From NCBI GenBank assembly GCA_905178155.1, contig CAJINV010000001.1, forward strand, positions 7,905,599 to 7,969,598: 64,000 bases of DNA. The letters run 5' to 3'. The translations under genes and the position numbers were made by a program. Positions 15,601-28,695 of this stretch are shown piece after piece. Position 1 is the first letter of the stretch. Every line of letters starts with the position of its first letter. Under the pieces are notes generated by a model that saw nothing but the letters and a program-made list of their open reading frames with translations, had not been told where the DNA came from and did not search any database. The DNA comes from Amoebophrya sp. A120. Lineage: Eukaryota > Protista > Dinoflagellata.

Positions 15601-18600
15601 AGACCGCCGAAATCCAGTTAGATAAAAAGACGATTTCCATCCAACTGTGCCCGCCGGACCTGCTCCCGCCGCCCCCGAGGATGGACCCGCCCGGCATGCT
15701 GGAGCCGCCGGGCCTGGAGCCGCCCGGCATGGACCCGCCGCCGTCGCAGGCGGGCATGGAAATAAGCAGCAGCACTCTCGCCCCGCAGAATGTGATCCGC
15801 GGCAAAGAGCGTCCGCAATCACCGCCACCGCAGCCGCCGCCTGGACTGGAAGGGCTGGAAAACAAGCAGCCGCAGCATACGTTTAATAACGACCAGGTCG
15901 TAGTACACCGCACCAACCAGCAGCCACAGCCTTTTCAACAACAGCGGCCGCCGCCGGCGATTTTGCACACTTCGGCCGGTTTGCCAGTCCTGTCGATCGG
16001 GAATAAGAAAAAGCCCTTGCCACACACAATCCCGATCCCCAGCTCCCCGCCCCCGCCGATGCCCCCGCCACCGCCGGGGCTGCCCCAGCAGTTGCTCGCG
16101 CAACACCACCAGGAACAGCACCAGCAAACGGAGATCGAAATGGTGGTCGAGGAGCATAACGTCACTATCATCGATCCACCGGCCAAGACGGCTGCGTCGA
16201 ACATGCCCCGTAGTACCAGCACCGCGGATCAACATCGCCGAGTCACGTCGGAGGACCTGTTTCTGTCCCTCCCGACGAGTCCCCCGCCGACCATGCCGCC
16301 CCCAAGTGTGCATCAGATGGCTTTGTTACCGCGCAGCACCAGCAGAACCTCGACTGCGGGGGGCGGGAAGTCGTGTAATGGGACGACCACTAGCAAGAAC
16401 CAGAACGGCGGTTGTAACTCCTCCGCGACGAGCAACGTGACCGCTGGTGCGCAGCAAACGTCCACGACCTCGGTTGGCGTGACCACTACCACAACAACCG
16501 TGTCTTCGTCGTCCCAAAAAGAAAGTACAGCAGTAGTTGCAAACAACAGTCTGCTTCCCCCAACTGCGCCGCCGACCGGGCCTCCGGCGCTTCCGACGAT
16601 TTTGCCTCCGCCCTCGCTGCCGTCGACCTTGCCGCCGATGCTGCCGCCGTCGCTGTCCCCACGGCGCAGTCTGTCGATCTGCACTAGCCAAACGGGGGAT
16701 CTTCACGTGCGGTCGCGGAAGTGCACAGAAGCTGGCACTGTTGTTGGAGGCGGGTCCTCGTGTGGAGCTAGTAATGCGGGCGTTCAACCCGCCCTTGAAC
16801 AGAAGCAGCAACCTGAGCCGCCGCCGTTGATGCCGCTGCTGAATATGAGCAGCTTGACTGACCAGACCGGCATGAACAACACGTCCCTGAACATCAGTTG
16901 CGATACGACTGTGGTTGAGAAAGAAAGCAGTTGTAACGAAGACAGTTCATCCGGTGTTGTTGACAAAGCCGCAGACCACATCGGTTCTGGGGCGACGAGC
17001 GCGCAAGTAGTCACCGAGGGCAGCGGTGGAGGTTCTTACCAGCAAAGCAAAACTACGGGTACCACTACCACGTCCGGTGCCGCCGCAACCCTGCCCGAGG
17101 ACATCACGATTCGCGGAAACTACAATTTAGCTACGTTCGACATCAGTGTGGCCACGGAGGATTTTGTCTTTGAGAATTCCCGTTTGCTCCAGCTGTACAC
17201 CGACCTGCAACACCCGTACTTCGGGCAGCTGACGATTCTGATCAAACGGTACTTCAAGCTCGCGGGCTTGTGCGACGCGCACAGCGGGTTCTTATCCTCT
17301 TACAGTCATCAGTTGCTGTTGATCCACTTCCTGCAGCGCCGGCGATTGTTGCCCTACTTGCAGGACCCGGATCTCGTTGCGAAGTGGGAGAATGAGCGCA
17401 AAGACGCCAGGGAGGAGCTGGAGCGGCTGGAAGAGGAGGCCGCGGCCGCTGAGGCGGGAGAAGACAACGACGACGAAGAAGAGGATAGCGATCATAGCAT
17501 CGGGAATAACGGCGCTCCCCACTCGACCTGCGACTCTCCGAAAAAGAAGTCATCCTCCACGAACTTAGAAGTTGTAGTCCTTGGGCAACAGCAGGACAAA
17601 TCCACCTCTGGTGCCGACGACCAACGTGGAATGACTAGTAAAAAGGACCACGACGACCAGAAGAGGATGAACACTTCCGCGAAAAAGAAGCAGGATACGA
17701 CCCCGGACACCGCGTCGACGACGACGAGTCCGGATCAGGTGACTTTGAAGGAGAAAAAACATCACCTACTAGCGCCCTCCTCCCACCACACGACGACGAC
17801 CGCCAGCGGCGCGATTATTTCCGGGGAGCGCGGAGACTGGATGCGGAAAGAGTGGGTGGAGGAGGCGAAATTTGTGGACTGGAAGCTGTTCTGTCCCTGC
17901 GAGGACCCGTTGGACTACTTCCCGGATGTGCAAAAACTGCCCTACGAGGCTGGCGCGGACAAAGGTGGAAACAAGTTCGTGATGCCGGTGTTATACCAGC
18001 TGTTCTGGGACTTTTTGTGCTACTGGGCGCATTTCAAGCCCTTCAAGTTCATGGTCAGCATTCGTCGTCGCATCATGTTCTCGGACTGTACGTATCAGAA
18101 AGAGGAGTGGCACTGCGTGGAGACGGGGAACGTAGTGGGACCAGAAGTACTTCTTGCGGAGAAGAAAAACGCGTTTACTGGGGGCGGGGAGCAGCACAAC
18201 AATAATACCTCCATCTTCGACCAAATTGGCAACAGCACCCTGTACGGTGTGGGACTTTTTCTTTCTCCTGAATTTCAAAAGGTCAAATTTTGTGTTGAAC
18301 GGAAATGTTGAACTTTGCATGGGTAATATTAAAGAGTAGGGAACAAACTCTTGTTCATTCATTTCGACGCATTTCCTTCTCAGCCTGCGACACTGGACTT
18401 GCAGCGAAGTTTTGTAAAGTCGTGCATATAATGCAAATGCGCATAGCTCTGTTGACCTGAATATCTCAGGAGGATTTATTCACTTTCTGCCAGCATACAT
18501 GAAACGAGTCGTCGTCCTTTTTCGACAATGTCTGCGAGTCGAGCCAAGACGATGAGAATTGCAACTCCAGCGTATCCTCCAGTTCTTTTGGCTTGAAGGA

Positions 18601-20359
18601 GGAGCAGCAGGAGAACTTGCAAACCTTCGACATCGCAGGCACGAGTACCACAAGCGACCACACTAAAAACGTGCTGACTGCGTCGAAGCCTCCTGTTAAC
18701 AAACCGGTGAAGAAAAAACTTGTCAAGGCCTTTCGGTGTCTCGTGTCCGAGGAAAAGTCGAAGTTCTACTTCAAGATTGAAGATCCCTGCGAGCCCGGGC
18801 GCATTCTGGGCATGGTGGACTACAAGTTCCAGCAATGGCACGCGCACATCAAGCGCGACCAGGAGCTACTCGCGATTCATCCGTCGTTCATTTTCCAGGT
18901 GCTCAAAATGGAGCCCAGTCCGGAATTCGCGCCGAGCTTGGGGAGTACCACAACGACCAACATGCTGGGGACGAGTACTGGTGCTGGTGCAGGATTACCT
19001 TCATCCGCAGCCGGGAATAATCTTCACCATCAAGCTTCTGCAGGAACTACGAGTAATAACACAAACACGAATTCGACTTATGACCAGACCGCGCCGACGC
19101 TATTCGTACCGTTCCCCGCAAACCTTCCTAACAGCACGACTGCGAACAACGGCAATACGACTGGCGCTGCGAATTTCTCGATGAACCCGATGCACTTGCA
19201 GCCCTTCGCGAGCAGTTTTGCACAGTTAGGAACAACTGCAACTGGCACCACGAACAACACCTCCACCGCCGGTTCTGCTGCAACTGGGGTCACTACTACA
19301 TCTTCTGGTGGCGTCAACAATGCTGTCGATACCCAGAATGCTTTGCTTGGACGTACGATCTCGGCCACGTCGAACGGTTCCGTGGCGAGCTCGAATGCGA
19401 CGGCGAATGCGACGAACCAGGCTGCGGCCAACGCCATGGCCGCGATGATGGGAATGCAACAACTGCAGCAGATGAACGGTTTCAACATGTTTGCCCCACA
19501 ACCTCCCCAACAACAAGCTCCGGCAGCAACTAGCGGAACGTCGACCACGGGGGCTGCTGCGTCTACTGCTGCGAACGGAAATAACGGCAAAAATCAGCAG
19601 CAGCAAAGTGCCGGTGGTCAACAACAGGAGCAGAACAAAATGTCCTCGCAGCAGCAAATGCAGAACGCTTTCCACCAGCAATTCGCCCAGATGATGCAAA
19701 AGTCGTCGGTTTCCGCGCAGCAAACGGCGAACAGCAACAATTTCATGATGAGCCTGATGGCCCAACAGGCCAGCATGTTGATGAATAACTCGATGATGCT
19801 GAACCCGATGATGAACCCGTTGTTTAACCCCGCGGCTGCCCTCAGCGGTTTGAATAACCGGAATGGACCGATGAATTTCCCACTGCCCGCGGCGCCCATG
19901 CTGAACCCCTTTCTGGCCCCGGGCGCGATGCCGCCGTTCCCGCCAAACATGCCGCTCCCAAACATGGCCGCGCTGCCGAACCCCAATCTGGCTGCCATGA
20001 TGGCGGCGGCGAACTACTTCGCCAACGGAGGTGCTGCAGGAGGTGCAAATAATAATCCGAGTGCTGCTGGTGGTGTTCCCACGCACACCACTGCAGTTGG
20101 TGGACCTGGTTCCGGGATGATGGGTGCTGCGGGCAGTGCTGCGCCGCAGGGAGGTGGAGCTGCGCAAACTTCGTTTGGAGGTCCGACCAGTTTAGGCGGA
20201 CAGGTGGCAGGCAGCCAGGGTAGTTCGGCAGCGCAGGGAGGGGGCTTTGGTCCTAATACTCGCGGTATATCGTCGGCTGGGCCAAGCGCCATGGAAAGCG
20301 GCTACCATTCGACCAGCGGCGGTGGCAAGGCCAATGCCTGGTCGCCGCAGTACCAGTAG
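12655..20359 (+). CDS. Cid1/TUTase/non-canonical poly(A) polymerase family nucleotidyltransferase with long N/Q/G- and P-rich low-complexity regions
   Basis: LFGSCVNGSATNDSDYD (GS...DxD), ARVPILRC, FDISV (third Asp), GFLSSYSHQLLLIHFLQ and KIEDP (PAP-associated). Introns: introners at 13080, 13396 and 18243; GT-AG intron 14876-15040. Confidence 0.85.
13080..13341. mobile_element. Introner/MITE, family A1 (262 bp)
   Basis: ~30-bp TIR TATCAAATGTAAAAATGTCTGGGTCTGGAA; TSD TCATC. Excision +5 gives NVSSTTSGG. Confidence 0.95.
13396..13647. mobile_element. Introner/MITE, family A2 (252 bp)
   Basis: Same TIR as A1; TSD GCCCC. Excision +5 gives QHGPRGGTTN, in frame with ORF 13695. Confidence 0.95.
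18243..18497. mobile_element. Highly degenerate introner in the TUTase gene
   Basis: Left TACGGTG..CTCCTGA..AGGTCAA mirrors right TTGACCT..TCAGGAG..CAGCATA. Excision +5 (260 nt) joins the frames as GNSTLNESSSFFD. The TSD is no longer recognisable. Confidence 0.45.
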
Positions 20360-22003
20360 TGCGGTAATGCGGTTAATTTTTATCGGGGACAAAAAAGTTG
20401 TACAACAGGTCGTGGTGTTAGTGTTTCTTTTCTGAGAAGAATATTGAAAGAACAATATGTTGTACTGCCGAGCTTTATGCGAATACAGAAGAGAATCACA
20501 AGAGGAATGAAAAATTCGATGCAGTTTATCATTGATTGGTCCAATTTGAACTGCATTTGAGTTTGATCGAGATGTGCCTGGAGGTGCATTTCAGATTTAT
20601 AAGTTTCTAGAAGATGTTGATATTTCTCTCCTCTACTGCAGGACGAACACATTTTACACTAGCAGCTGCAACCGCACTATAGGCTCAACTTGGGACGTCT
20701 TCGAAATAACGGGAACAAAGGGCTATATTCGTTTCGCTTCAGTGATTGAAGTGCTGTGGATAGAGCTTTTTTTCAACGGTAATTATACAGACTTTTTCGC
20801 TAGGTGGAGTTTGCAACGACTCTCCTGGTGCCTCCAATAATTGATTTTTTGGCCGCTGTCCGCCTCTTTGCTTGGACGTTCTTACTGAATCAAATTTGCC
20901 TAAATTTCTTATTCTGCCGCCGGCTGCTGGAGCGATGCTACGTAGCGATGAGGATGACTATGTGCCGATTTTTGTCCGATGGAGCAGTGGTCTGGTGGGG
21001 AGAAATATAGAGCTTTTCTTTTTTCGTTCTCCACGGATCATGGCTCTATTTTGACGATTATTTGGTAAGGGCAATTAGAACATGTAGGCCTAGGCCTCCT
21101 GTAGTTCCTAGCTGGCGACTCTAAAAAAATTGTCGACGTGATAAAATGATGATGAGGTTTTGTTCAAGATAGAATGTATTTACTGTGGTGTCGGATTTTT
21201 GATGTAAAAATATTATTTCTCTTGTATACAGTAAATTCATCAAAACGAATTTTGGAAACCCATCATTTAGAGTTTCTGATCAGCAACTCCATTGATCGGA
21301 ATTCAAATTTATAAATTTTTTCTTGCTCGAATAATGGATTGAAAAAAGTAGAAAAGATATTCACAGAAACAGGCTGCATTGCGGTCCCAGTGGCCGCTTG
21401 TGCAGGCAGACACTCACTCACGATAGTGCCTGTGCTGGTGGCATGAAAATTTTCGCTCCACGCTTTTCTGAAGATTCGGTTCTGCAGATGCTAACAATTC
21501 GTAATCCTAATCGGTTCTATGTGTCATCATGCCATCTATTCATTCTGTGTATTTTCGCATGTGAATGATTTCGGTCGAAATAGAAAATATCTCTAATCGG
21601 TGCATCAGGACGGATGTCGCGCGAATGTTTGTTGTAGTCGGAGATTCGGTGCAAACAGTAGTTCTTGTTGATGTTTGTCGGTTCGTAGGCGTCTGTGAAG
21701 CGTCGGTCGAGAATAAAATTTCATTAATGCAGTTTTTTCGTGGAAAATGAAATCAGTTTATGTTTGTATGGATCATCTTCATCATGTCAATGTCTTCGAA
21801 AACTCGAACAGTGTCTCTGCTCGCATCCGTCGTGTATTCCTTTATTCGAGGTGAAACGGATGTAGACACGACTTGAAATCAAAGTTGCATTTGTTTCTTT
21901 TCACTCCTGGTTAATGTTGCATTTTCACCAGCATTTCCAAGTGAAGCCACCTATTGTCGTAGTGGTGTAATTCGTGCTTAGAACTACATAAGAATTATCC
22001 AAG

Positions 22004-24987
22004 ATGTTGCAGCAGCTCTTCATAGGCGCTGCGAATTTTGTGGCGTCCGGAAAGCGAGGCGGCCGGGGAGATGACCTCTATGATTTCTACAACAGCGTGA
22101 ATCTTCTGATGGGTATCATGCTTCTGCTCTACGGCCTGAAGGGCGCCATCCGGGCGTGGCGCGCATGTTTGAAGTGCCGGATTCTGATGCGCGCCTTCGG
22201 ATTTTTCGCGCTGAAAGACCGGCAGTTGGAGTGGGATAAGAAATCGAAGGAAGAGAAAGCGGCCGCAACCAAAAATTCGGGGTCGTTTTCATCTTCTGCC
22301 GGCGATCTGAATAAAATGGCGGAAACCATCCGGCCGAGCGGCTACGGAGCAACCGGAACAACTACCACCGCGATGAACAGCAACAATTCTACGCGGCGCC
22401 GGGGTAGCACCACGCCGCCGGAGGACCAAATAACACAACAACAAAAAAGCGTAAACACGACCTCCGGCAGAGAAAGTTCCTTCCTGCGCCCCCGTTTGAG
22501 CCAAACGGGCCCGCCGACCGCTGAGGAGAAGGGGCAGTGCCTCCGGTCCATCTTGTCGTACGGCGAACTGCACGTGTCGGAGATGATGGCCGATTTGGAA
22601 GAGGCACCGAGCCACATCTGGCGCGGCTTTTGGCTGTCCGCCTGCGTGCTGTTTGTGTTAGTAAGGTGGCAGGACATGAACTATCTCTCCCGGGAGCTGC
22701 TGGACTTGTCTGCGGGGAGCGCTTTCGGCGCGGTGTTCCTGCCCAGCGTGGTCCTGTTTCGCTACCTGCTGGACGTGTTTCGCGGCTTTCTGCTCGTTTC
22801 CGGCCTCCTGTTTGCGGTGTTCATCCCGCGGGCCCGCAGGAAGGACTACTGGGTGTACGATCTGCCCGAAGACATCACCGACGAGGAGATCGATATTTTG
22901 CTGAAGTCCCGGAACGTGGGCTGGATTTCCGCGGACATCTGGCACGGGTGGGCGGCGGGCATCGCGGTGGCCAACGGCGGGATCAGCATCATCTGCTGGA
23001 TCTTCGATCTGTGGGCTCGCGCGACGATCGGCCTGGAGCCGTACGGGTGGATCGAGAAAAGGCGGGAGGCGTTGAACCTGACCGGCGCACCAGTCACGAC
23101 CGCGTCACTACCGGACGGGCAGATGATATGCAAGAAAAAAACAGTGTAAGTGTAAATTTGTGTTGCAGAACACGCAACAGAGTAGTTACACCTGTCATGC
23201 CAGACAGCCATGAAGCCCTCTTTTCATCTGTGTTGTGCTTTACATGACAGGTTTTCTCTGTCATGTGGGGCAAATGTGTGATGCTGTTCCTCAAAGAAAG
23301 TTACACCTACACACTTTTTTTTCTGGATAGATGACCCCGTTCCAGCAGTACAACCCGGCCACGCAGTGCGCGGGCAAGGTATCAACTGTAAAAATGTCTG
23401 GGTCTGGAAGATTCTGACACTTGTCATGCACGTTTTGCATGAGCCATGATGTCTGTGATGCATACCCTAGCAATACAGATTTTCTAAGGGCTTCGTGATG
23501 CCTATTCCGCATGACAAATGCCTTCTCAGCGTAGCAAAAATTGCATTCCCTTTGCTACTCATGCAATACAGATTTTTTTGGAATCCAAATGCAGCATCAC
23601 AAGTTGCATTCTTCCAGACCCAGACACTTTTGCAATCCATACAAGGCCTGGAAAAGCGATTTCTCCCAGTTCATGAAGTGCGCGCCCTACATGCCGGGGG
23701 AGCGGTTGTACTATTTGTTTCTAGCGGTCCGCGGGGTTCTGTGCGGGATGTTCGTGTGGGCGGTGGTGACGACGAACGCGAAGTTTATGCGGGTGGAGAT
23801 TGGCCAGACGCGGTTCTACCGCGGGCTGCGGGCCGAGGTGGCGATTATTAAGATTATCGCCTGGGAGTCCGCGTTCGTGGCGGTCGGGGCGTGGTACGTG
23901 CCCCAGGGGCTGTACGACTACCTGAACTGGGGCGGCATGGCGCCGCTGCAGATCTTACTCATCCTCTTCACCGCCTGGTACACGGTCTACATGGGGTACT
24001 TCTGCACGTGGTGCCTGCTCGACCTGTTTGTGGACTTCGAGTACATATCCTGTGCAAAAGTATCGTACTCGTAGTAATTGCTATCATGCATGACAAATAT
24101 CCCTTTTTAGGTGAATCAGCATTACAAATTCCATTTTTCTTCCTGAAAAAATTTGTGATGCAATTTATACAACTAATACGATACTTTTGCAATGCATAGT
24201 ACACCGACCGGCGGCTCGCCCAGAAGTTCGACCAGAGCTGGGTCCCCCACGAGAAGGAGTTGGCGGAGGCGCTGCGCTATCAAATGCAAAAATGTCTGGG
24301 TCTGGAAACTTGTAATGCTAAAAGTGAATGATAAACGTACTGCAATACGCAGCTATGCATAACAAATTTTTTTGGCTGCCATGTCTTACGTATTCCGCAT
24401 GGTAAGCTGCGTTTTTGCATGACAGGTCAGAGGGCCTTTCCGTGCCTATGCAACACAGATTCTCGACTCATGCCAGACAAGCATGACAAACTTGCATCCT
24501 TCCAGACCCAGACACTTTTGCATTTGATATGCGCGCGGTGCACGAGACACGCACCGTGCACCCGGAGCGCGGGCAGGCGTTGACAGACTTGTTGGAGCTG
24601 CCGCCGGACGAACTGGAGGTGAACCAGGTGTTGCTGTACAAAAACCGACCGAGCACGATGCCGGCACACGTGTTTCGCACGTCGAACTATGCAAATCTCA
24701 CGGCAGGTGGGTCGTCACCGAACGACACCATGCAACCACCTCTACCCGGGGACGGTACCACAGATGGTGCCGCCGTCGTCAGAGTCTCGTCGCACAAGGC
24801 TAATCGCAACAGATCTGTCGCCTCGACCGCGGCAGGCCCTCCGGGGTCGGTACCCTCGTTCGGCGGGATCGACAGCAGGACAAAGCGGCGGATGCACAAG
24901 GAAAATCCCTGGCTCGACGCTCCACTGATGCACGCGCTCACGCGGGGCGGCATCGATGGATACTCAGCAAGTGAGGAGGAAACGTAG
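22004..24987 (+). CDS. Polytopic membrane protein of unknown function; 5 exons, all 4 introns introner-type
   Basis: Many hydrophobic helices. ORFs 22004, 23541 and 24529 and two short intervening exons join in frame when each element plus one TSD is removed. Confidence 0.75.
23127..23329. mobile_element. Introner/MITE, A-tract TIR family D
   Basis: TATGCAAGAAAAAAACAGTGTAAGTGTAA ... TTACACCTACACACTTTTTTTTCTGGATA; TSD GATGA. Excision gives GQMTPFQQ. Confidence 0.88.
23380..23641. mobile_element. Introner/MITE, family A1 (262 bp)
   Basis: Closely similar to 13080-13341; TSD CAAGG. Excision gives AGKAWKSD. The TSD happens to allow a GT-AG reading. Confidence 0.95.
24046..24198. mobile_element. 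Introner/MITE, family B (153 bp)
   Basis: TATCCTGTGCAAAAGTATCGTA ... TACGATACTTTTGCAATGCATA; TSD GTACA. Excision gives FEYTDRRL. Confidence 0.9.
24278..24529. mobile_element. Introner/MITE, family A2-like (252 bp)
   Basis: Family A TIR; TSD TGCGC. Excision gives EALRAVHE. Confidence 0.93.
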
Positions 24988-25807
24988 TGCTTTTTGTAGA
25001 ACGATTTTTTCGTAGTCGCTGAGCTCATCTTTTACTGTGTTTGTGTATGTAAGATCTTCTGATGTTCATGTTCCTGATTTCAATAATCAAATTGATGAAC
25101 ACGGCTTTTTAACATTGACTACTACATTCTTTTTCTTTCTGACATATGACAGGCTGTTCGATCAGCTTTTCTGAATATCACATATGCTACCTAGCAGGTA
25201 AGCCAGATCGTGGTGCTCTAGCGGAAACTGCGATGAATGTGCTGGTCCTTGCTCTTGGAAAATCTCTATAGAGGCACAGTACTAAGTTTACAACTCAGGA
25301 AGAGATCCACTAGTTACACGATTTTGTTAAAGTGTAGAATTTTTGCACGATTTTGCTGTATTGAGACAAAGAACAAGACACGGCGCAGGGACACGAATTC
25401 ACAGCACTCCCAGGCTGGCTGTCCATTAAATTTGTCGTGTGGAAGTGGTACTTTTCGGAAAGGATGCAAATGCTTCACTCGGTCTCTTATTGAAATCAAA
25501 TGAAGTGCTCCTTGACGCCTAAAAGAAAATCGGCATTTGTGGTGTAACTTCAGTCCTTAAGAAGAAAAATCACATGGTTCAAAATTCGGTGTGCAGAGGC
25601 TGTATCTGTATGATAAACTGAAGATGAGATCGCCTTCAAACAACCAGAAACCAGGTTGGTACCCGCCCCCGTAGTGTAAATGTTTGAGGATCGATTCCCG
25701 CAAATTGTCGCGACAACAAACTAGTTGCGATAAACAGTACAGAGCAAACAGACACTTCCGCACTTAGGAATTCACGGACAGTTGCCGTCCCGTAGAGAAC
25801 AACTACA

Positions 25808-28121
25808 ATGGCGCATCAGGTGATCGTCGACGTGGCGAATTTCGTCGAGACGCCGACGTTTCGGAATGCCGGCAATAGCCAAAAGCAGCTCCTCGCGCGG
25901 AACTTTTACCGGGCTGTGCAAGCCCGATGGGGCGAAAGCGCGCACGTTACGCTCGTGTGCGGCTCTCAGCGCCGGGAGGGGATCGAGAAGTTGTTTCTGA
26001 ATGTCCCCAACTGCGGCCCCACTGCCCGGCAGACCAACGTGGTCCCGGTGCCCGTGGCGGTCGCGGGGCAGAGCCACCAGCACGGCGGCGAGCGAGTGGA
26101 CGAGTTGGTTGTGAAGCGGGCGCTGAAGGCGATGATGCTGGACCCGGAAAACGCGCACAGGGTGGCGATCGTGAGCAATGACCAGTTCCGGGACATGTTT
26201 GCGCGCCCCGCCCTGTCGACCGACACGCGTCTGTACCACATTTTTCAGGAGGCGAAGAGCGAAGCCTCCGCCAGGCGCACCGCGCAGACGTGGCTGGCGA
26301 CCAACGCAGAACTGGAGGTGCTGCTGTTCGACCTCCGGCACGAGTTTGAGATCGACCGGTTTGGGGAGGTCGAGTTTTCCCAAATCAATCCCAGCGGGAA
26401 CAATTTGCTGAAGTTCTTCTGGAGCCAGAGACACGTGGAGCAGGTCAAAGTAGCCACGGATCGGAAGAAGTCGGACCGAATCCTCGAGCTGGAAACGCTG
26501 TTGAAGTACGCCAAGCAGGAAGAGGAGGCCGCGAAGATGGCTCGGCAGCGGATTGTATCAAATGTAAAAATGTCGGGGTCTGCAAGATTGCCAGGTTTGT
26601 CATGCATATTTTGAATGATCCATGATCATGATGTCTGTGATGCATGCCCTAGCATCACAGAATTTTAGAGGACTCTGTGATGCCTCTACCGCATGAGAAA
26701 TACCCTTTCCGCGTAGCAAAAACTGGAGTCCTCTTGCTGGTCACGCAATACAATTTTTTTTAGAATCCAGAGACAGCATTACAAGTTTAGAATCTTCCAG
26801 ACCCAGACATTTTTGCAATCCATAGATTGTGGACGTGTTGCGTCACGAAGTGCGCCGGTACGACAAGCAAAACGGAGGATCTTTGGCAGAAGAGGACGGG
26901 GGCATGCTGAGCGCCGGAAGTGCCGCCGCAGCGGCGCAGCCGAGGCAGGTCGTGATGTCGGCCTCTGTTGACGCAGACAGGAGAGAAAATGATAGCAGCG
27001 CCCGCCTAGGCAGTAAAGACACGACGTCGACGAAAAGCTTAGGCTTACAACTCCCGCCTTTTGTACCGACAACGCGGCTTCTGTCCCACGAGTCGGTATC
27101 GCCAGTCGTAGACGCCGGCTCCAACTCGCCTGGCCCACGAGCAGCGTCCTCCACTCATCAACCTGGTGGCCTTACGCCGCCAAACGGAGTTTTCATTCAG
27201 CCCCCCGCGCAAGGAAGCCGAAGCGCTTTCACGTTGTCTGCCGGTCCGGGTTCGGCAAAAGGCTCGTACGGCGCAAAGCTTTCAGCGCCGGCTAGTGTTG
27301 GGGTTGGAACATCATCGAGCGCCGTTGCTCAATCCGCAGCATCAAGTGCTACTTCCGCAAGGGCGCCAGTGGTAGTTCTTCCAGACGGCGCTGCTGCAAA
27401 GGGTAGTGCCAGTAGCTCAACATCTTCTACTGCGAAAGTGAATTACAATATTTTTTCCACTCCCGCCGGGCCAGGTGCTCCGCGCGTGCTTTCCACCACT
27501 TCCTCCCTGGTGCCGCTAAGTGCGGCCAGGCCCAAGAATTCCGCTACCTCCTCCCTGGTGCCGCTAAGTGCGGCCAGGCCCAAGAAGGGCGTCGGTAAAC
27601 AGGAACTGGATGAGGAGGAGAGAAGAAGAGCTCAGGAGCTGGCTCCTGGCACCAACGGGGCAGGGCCTAGCGCTTCGTCCAGTTCCTCAGCTTCTGATAG
27701 TGATGACGACGATGATGTTCCTCGGCGACCCCGGCCAAAGAACGGGCTTTCCGATTTGCGGCCGGCTTCTCGCGGCCTGCACCCGCGGAGCAGTAGCTCC
27801 GGGAACTCGAGCATCAGCAGTCTCGGCGACGGGCCAGGCGATGACGACCCGAGGCCGCCCCGCGGCGGGGAACGAGCGAGAGTTTTGTCGAACCAAACCC
27901 CGGCCGAGGCAAATACGTGTCTGGTGGCGGGGGAGGTCATGACAGCAAAGCAAATGAAGAAAAAAATGAAAAAGCAAGGAACAGACGAAAGAGGGCGCAG
28001 GCTTGGTCCAGCAGGCGAAACGTGGGATGACGAAGTCTGTTGGGACTGGAAGCACACGGGACGGTGTAAGAGAGGCACGAAGTGTAAATATGCGCACCCT
28101 GATCTGCCGGGGCGGGCGTGA
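25808..28121 (+). CDS. Regnase/MCPIP-like protein: N-terminal PIN-like (Zc3h12a/NYN-type) RNase domain plus C-terminal CCCH zinc finger
   Basis: VIVDVANF ... VDELVV ... AIVSNDQFRD match the Zc3h12a/PRORP-type acidic motifs. C-terminal CWDWKHTGRCKRGTKCKYAH is C-x8-C-x5-C-x3-H. One introner intron. Confidence 0.7.
26556..26824. mobile_element. Introner/MITE, family A1 (269 bp)
   Basis: Family A TIR; TSD GATTG. Excision gives RQRIVDVLRH. Confidence 0.93.
27491..27586 (+). repeat. 48-bp in-frame tandem duplication (SSLVPLSAARPK x2)
   Basis: TCCTCCCTGGTGCCGCTAAGTGCGGCCAGGCCCAAGAA occurs twice with a 48-nt period. Confidence 0.9.
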
Positions 28122-28695
28122 AGTGATAAGGGGTGTGTGTGGATTTTATGAATCTCAAAAAATCACTTGCTGATCTATCCCTTTCCCGCAGGAGGACCTC
28201 TCTGCGTCATCAGCGAATAGGTATCATCTTCACTGCACAGCGAATGAACGACTGTAACACGTTGAGACCACGTGGAGCAGGACGAAATTGGTAGCCGTGT
28301 TCAACTTCAACTGGTATCTCTGTCAACAGGTTCGCGTTTTTTCTATCGCGAGTCCAGGTAGTCGGTGAAGTGCTTCATGCTAAGGAAGAGCACAGAGCAG
28401 CACGAGAGCAGACGTCAGGTTCGCCACTGAAAGGCTGTGCCTGATCCAACCTGATCAAGACCTGCATAAATGTGAATCATGTTGACTCGTGCACTTGATC
28501 TGGTCCCCGCAGCTCAACCCCTCTCGTATCGTACTAAGGCACTAATAAGAACAAGTTGGATTTGATTGATCTTTCCCAGTTGCTGTACCATTTACTTCGA
28601 AGTTTCACAAAAAACATAGAAATTTTCCTTTTTGTTATGGCGTAACGATTAAGAGTACCTCCGTCTTCAATTTTTGCAACCACGATACCAAAATC

